A stretch of DNA of 64,000 nt. Source: Felis catus (taxonomy: Eukaryota). Each line of letters begins with the position of its first letter. The first letter of the stretch is position 1. Below the pieces are notes generated by a model that was given only the letters and a program-made list of their open reading frames with translations, searched no databases and was not told where the DNA came from. Below are positions 58,888-64,000 of the stretch, in pieces. Location of the stretch: assembly GCF_018350175.1 (NCBI RefSeq), contig NC_058368.1, positions 66,652,001-66,716,000 of the forward strand, written 5' to 3'. Both the position numbers and the translations under genes were made by a program.

Positions 58888-60050
58888 GCAAACATAAACT
58901 ATTAGGACTACACGAAAATGAAAGCTCTTGCACAGTGAGGGAAACCCCCACAAAACAGAAAGGCAACCAACTGAATGGGAAGAGATATTTGCAATATAAC
59001 TAATAAGGGGTTAATATCAAAAATACATGAAGAGCTAAAACAACTCAACACACGCACACACATACACACAAAACCAATCTGATTACAAAATAGAGGACCT
59101 GAAGAGATAGTTTTTCAAAGAAGACATCCAGATGGCCAACAGACACATGAAAAGATGCTCAACATGAGTCATTATCGGGGAAACACAAATCAAAACCACA
59201 ATGAGCCATCACCTCACACCTGTCAGAATGACTAAAGTCAAAAAGACAAAAATTAACAAGTGTTAGAGAAGATGTGGAGAAAAAGGAACCCTCATGCACT
59301 GTTGGTGGGAATACAAACTGGTGAAGCCACTGTGGAAAACAATATGGAGATTCCTCAAAAAGTTAAAAATGGAAATACCATATGATCCAATAATTCCAGT
59401 GTTGGGTATTTACTCAAAGAAAATGAAAACACTAATTCAAAATGATATATGCACTCGTATGCTTATTGCAGCATTATTTGCAATAGCCAACATATGTCCA
59501 TCAATAGACAAATGGATAAGGAAGATATGGTACACACACACACACACACGCACACACGCACACACACTGGAATATTATGCAACCATAAAAAGAATGAGAT
59601 CGTGCCTTTTGTGACAACATGGATGGACCTATGGGGTATGATGCTAAATGAAATAAGTCAGACAGAGAAAGACAAATACCATATGACTTCACTATTATGC
59701 AGAATTTAAAAACAAAGCAAATGAATAAACAAATAAAAAGCAGAATCAGACCTATAAATACAGAGAAAAAAAACTAGTGGTTGCCAGAGGGGAAGGGTGT
59801 GGGGGGATGGGCAAAATGGGTGAGGTGGAGTGGGAGATACAGGCTTCCAGTTATGGAATGAAGAAGTCCCAAGGATAAAGGCACAACATAGGGGATACAG
59901 TCAATGATATTTCAGTGTCGTATGGTGACATGCGGTAGCTACACGTATGGTGGGCACAGCACAGTGTCTAGAAAAGGTGAATCTAATGTTATACACCTGA
60001 AACGAATGCAACATTTTGTGTCAACTATACTCAAATAAAAAAAAATTTTT
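58888..60050 (+). mobile_element. 5'-truncated L1 (C-terminus of ORF2, 3'UTR and A tail)
   Basis: The ORF at 59294-59614 encodes [41 protein letters not shown], the L1 ORF2 C-terminal signature. The element ends tgtcaactatactcaaataaaaaaa. Confidence 0.92.
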
Positions 60051-60051
60051 T

Positions 60052-60790
60052 AAAGTGCTTAAAGTCATTAGTACTCAGGGAAAAACAAATTTAAAATGGC
60101 ACCACGCGCCTATGACAACTAAAAGACTGATAAAAGTTAAAAGACTGATAGTTGTTAAGTCTTAGAGAAGATATGAAATTCTGGAAGTCTCATTCACCCT
60201 AGTGGGAGGGGAAATGAACTCAACCACTTGCAAAATTTTTGAAAGCATCCACTAACATTAAACGTACACCTACCATATGACCCAGTAATTTCTCTTTTAG
60301 GTCTTTTCTCAACAAAAATAAGTATGTATGTTTACTAAAAGACATTGTTTGTAGTAGCGTTGTAGCATAATAACAGTAGCATAAATAACTAAATTGAGGT
60401 AGATTCATAGAATGGAATCCTACATGGCAATGAAAAGGAATGAATTGTTGCTACATGCAGCAATGTGGATGAATGTTACAGATGGAACATGGAACACAGG
60501 TGTTCAGACTCAAAAGAATTCAGGCAAAGGATTCCATGCCGTTTGGTTCTGTATAGATGAGATTTTAAAAAGTTAAGATGTGGTGTTACAAGTCAAGAGA
60601 GTTGAAGGTAGGAGGGGTATTGATTGGGAGGGTACAAGGAGGGTTTTTAGGGGTACTGGTGGTGGTAATGTTCTATTTCTTGAACGCTATGGTGATTACA
60701 CAGGTATATGTTTTTTGCAATAATTTATTAAGTTATATACCTAGGATCAGTGTTCACTCTTATAAACTTCCAGTGAAAAAGTTAAAAAAG
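60052..60790 (+). mobile_element. Old L1 (L1ME-like) 3' end; its 5' part lies at 58582-58647
   Basis: ctaccatatgacccagtaatt...gctacatgcagcaatgtggatgaat...taatgttctatttcttga. Confidence 0.7.
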
Positions 60791-61882
60791 AAGAAGAAGA
60801 AGAAATTGGGGACAGTACCTAAATGCACAGCGTGCCTTCAGAAAAAATGAAAAATAATAATTATTTTTACCTTTAGAAGCAGTAGTTCTTGAAATTACTG
60901 CTTAAAACTGTTCAGCATACGTTATTTGTTGCTTTGAAGAATGCAGCACTGAGTGAGTGAATGTACCAGAAGTGGTGGGCGGTAAGTGTCACTGAGCATC
61001 CTACTAGGACTAGCAAAGGCAAACATTGTCTGTCTGTGTGTCTATCTATCCATCTATCTATCCACCTTTTACATTTTAGCAATTACAGCAGCCAAGTGCT
61101 AAAAATATTGGTTGACATGTGCTTTGAAATTTTGTTTATGATCTTAATTTCTGAAGGTCTTTTTGGGAGAAGAATTGTTACAGAGGTAAACTGTATGCAG
61201 TGTGGATCGATCTATAAATCAGAAATCAGAGGGATCTGATCAGCCAGGCCAGGAGTTGCAGCACTGGCGGGGTGAAGCCATTAGTTCACAGACTACACGG
61301 ACTGTGTCACACCTGCCAGGAGCCACAGTTACATCAGTGGCTACAATGGCGACCGTAGACTGATCTGCGAGAATTCTTTGGGGATCTAACTAAAGTAAGA
61401 GGGTGGAGGGAGGGACTGAAATGCTCCCTGAGCCCTGGGGCTCAGACCCAAAGCTGCCCTAAGGACATATGGATGAGAGTCAAAAGGGTGACAAGATGAT
61501 AGAAGGGAAGCAGAGCCTGACCCTATGAGGGAGCCACAAAAAAGAGGATGAATGTTGAGGTTAATAGGAAGCTTTAAGAGTGAGTTGGGGGTATAGAGAA
61601 TGCAGCCTATCTATTTATCTACCTACCTTTTACATTTAGTTTAGGACTAAGCCAGGAACAGGGAAAGGTGCTCTTTCTGCCCTGATCTGCTCAGCTAAGA
61701 GGATCTGAGTCAGGTCAGAGAGAAATAGCAAAACTTGGGGTTTGTCTTAATGTACTTGGTCATCATGCCATCTAAAATTGTACATGTCACACAATCTACA
61801 GAAAAATAGAAAAAAAGAATGCACTGTCCATAACTAATATGTAATTGGGGGAGTGTTTGGCTATTGATAAGCATTTTAAAAC

Positions 61883-62066
61883 ATTTTTTTTAATGTTTAT
61901 TTATTTTCGAGAGAGAGAGTGTGTGAGTAGGGAGACACAGAATCCAAAGCAGGCTCCAGGCTCTGAGCTGTCTGCACAGAGCCCAACATGGGGCTTGAAC
62001 TCACGAAACATGAGATCATGACCTGAGCCGAAGTTGGATGTGTAACAGACAGCCACGCAGGCACAC
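61883..62066 (-). mobile_element. CanSINE (internally shortened)
   Basis: Tail and body present; the (CT)n region is reduced. Confidence 0.85.
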
Positions 62067-62099
62067 GCGCTGAGAAGCGCTTTTTAAAAGTTGATTCTG

Positions 62100-62289
62100 G
62101 GGGCGCCTGGGTGGCGCAGTCGGTTAAGCGTCCAACTTCAGCCAGGTCACGATCTCACGGTCCGTGAGTTCGAGCCCCGCGTCGGGCTCTGGGCTGATGG
62201 CCTGGAGCCTGTTTCCGATTCTGTGTCTCCCTCTCTCTCTGTCCCTCCCCCATTCATGCTCTGTCTCTCTCTGTCCCCAAAAAAAAAAA
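62100..62289 (+). mobile_element. Young feline CanSINE
   Basis: TSD aaaagttgattctg begins at 62086 and 62290. Confidence 0.95.
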
Positions 62290-62916
62290 AAAAGTTGATT
62301 CTGTTACACTCATGTGGCTCATAGGAAAACATCGTGTCACGTGCAACGGTATTCCCCGGTGATTTGGTACAGGGAAGGGTATCTGATGCAAAGTACGTTC
62401 ACACTGTTCGCCACACGGAAAGAGCTTAGTTTTGTGTTTGATTGCAGAATGTGACAGCACAGCGCTGTTGAGGGAGAATGGCTTGAAAGCTTTGGCTTCT
62501 CTGAAAATTATTATGAAAATATCCTGTGGCCATATGTAATAAGTTTTGTTATGATAATTGTGACATCCAAACCAATGATCTTTCTTATATTTTCTAGATG
62601 GGTAAGTTTTCTGCTTCTTAGAATGTTAAACACCTATACGTTTGGGCAGAAAACCCCAGATGTCTTGCTATTCAAAAAATCTAATAGCCTTAAGGGCCCA
62701 TTTGGCTTATGGTCCTTAGAATCCCTTTAACTTGAAGCTTAGACCACTTATCCCCCTACACTAGGTTCAGCTCAGCTCGAGTCTAGAATGAATTCTGCTT
62801 GTAGGCAAATATTAAAAGCTCTTCCGGGTTTTGTTTTGTTTTGTTTTGTTTTTTGCTTTTGGCTCTTCTCAGACTTTTGATTCTCAGCAACACTTACAAC
62901 AATAATGACAGCTACC

Positions 62917-63273
62917 TGTTGTGGGCTGAGTATTTGTGTCCCTCCCCCAGATTCATATGTTGAGGTCCCAAGCTGCAATGTGATGACATTTGGAGATGGG
63001 GCCTTTGGTAGGTGATTAGGTTTAGATGACGTCATGAGGGTCGAGCCAGCTTAATGGGGTTCGTGCCCTTAAAAGAGGAGCACACAGGAGCTGCCTCTCT
63101 CTGCCTTGTGTGAACACAGCAAGAAGGTGGCCAACCGACAAACCAGACCCAGGACCTGCTGGCACTTCGATCTTCGATTTCTCAGCCTCTGGAACTGTGA
63201 GAAGTAAACGTCTGTCAGGCCGCCCAGTTTATGGTATTCTTTTTTTTAATAGCAGCCCCAAGCAGACTAATAC
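62917..63273 (+). mobile_element. MLT1A-like LTR
   Basis: tgttgtgggctgag...attcatatgttga...tttggagatggggcctttgg...agcagcccaagcagactaataca. Confidence 0.85.
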
Positions 63274-64000
63274 ACTGTAATACCGTACACTGATCAATAA
63301 GGGGAATTCGTTATAGATTCCACTAAAGTCATGCACACAAAAGGCTGGGCAATTCAAGGGGGAGGGAAGAGAATTTTTGAAAACGCTCAGGTAGGCTTCC
63401 TAAGTTCCCCTCCAAAAACTTCTTACGATTGTCTCACCAGCAGATGTTTAGCCATGGCTATCTACAGATTTTTGTGATTCTCCATAACTTTTCTCATGGA
63501 TCAAAACTCAACATTTCCCCCAGTGCTGCTATTTGGACTCAGATAAGGATTACTTTTTGTAATAAGGGGGTAATTCACTTATTAATGATCAACCAGACAT
63601 TGTAATGTACTTCTATTTATTTTAGAATATGTACATTCTCCTCTTCGTCCCCCTCCTTCCTCCTCTTCCTCTTCTTCTCCTTGAGCTGTGTGTTGAGACC
63701 TGTGCTGAAAATTGTACTTGAATGAGCACATTTAATGCTCATACCTACTCTAGGAAATATGTACTGTTCCTTTTCATTTTACAGAGGCCCAGACTCTGAG
63801 GGTTTAGTAAAAATTCTAAAAGCTGGGAAGAAAAACCTGGTTCATACTGTTTACGTCTCACAGCTCTGTGTTTGCCCATCTATCAAGCCCTCGACAGTTA
63901 GATAGTCATGTACAGCCTTTGTTCTTTTTTTGACTCCTTTGGTGGCACTGCTGACCAGGGGGTGGCCAGACAGGCAAACAAAGCAGTCATGAAACAAACT

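Noticed and set aside
59294..59709. ORFs with clear protein homology
   Set aside because: They are fragments of L1 ORF2 from a 5'-truncated dead copy, not a host gene.
1..64000. A previously undescribed multi-gene biological system
   Set aside because: SOX21 is the only credible coding gene. Everything else is explained by known repeats, CpG islands or candidate cis-regulatory DNA.

Overview
Mammalian genomic DNA, most likely from a felid: the young tRNA-derived CanSINEs are of the feliform/cat type. The window holds one protein-coding gene, the single-exon SOX21 (minus strand, 34634-35464, 276 aa, HMG box plus three poly-Ala tracts), with a ~1.6 kb 3'UTR ending at AATAAA 33068-33073. A bidirectional CpG-island promoter probably also drives a spliced plus-strand lncRNA, the SOX21-AS1 orthologue. 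About 17 kb around the gene (~24.0-40.9 kb) has no transposon I can recognise and is rich in CpG islands and enhancer-like motif clusters. The flanks are a mosaic of CanSINE, L1, L2, MIR, MaLR (MLT1) LTR and MER20 relics, several of them nested. The other ORFs in the track are repeat-derived or GC-rich artefacts. I see no support for a new biological system. The best leads are a perfect 28-bp tandem duplication in the putative 3' enhancer, duplicated Pumilio-element cassettes in the 3'UTR, an orphan CCAAT/CpG promoter, two SINEs sharing private mutations, and several template-switch scars. Repeat subfamily names were assigned by eye from remembered consensus sequences and need RepeatMasker/Dfam confirmation.
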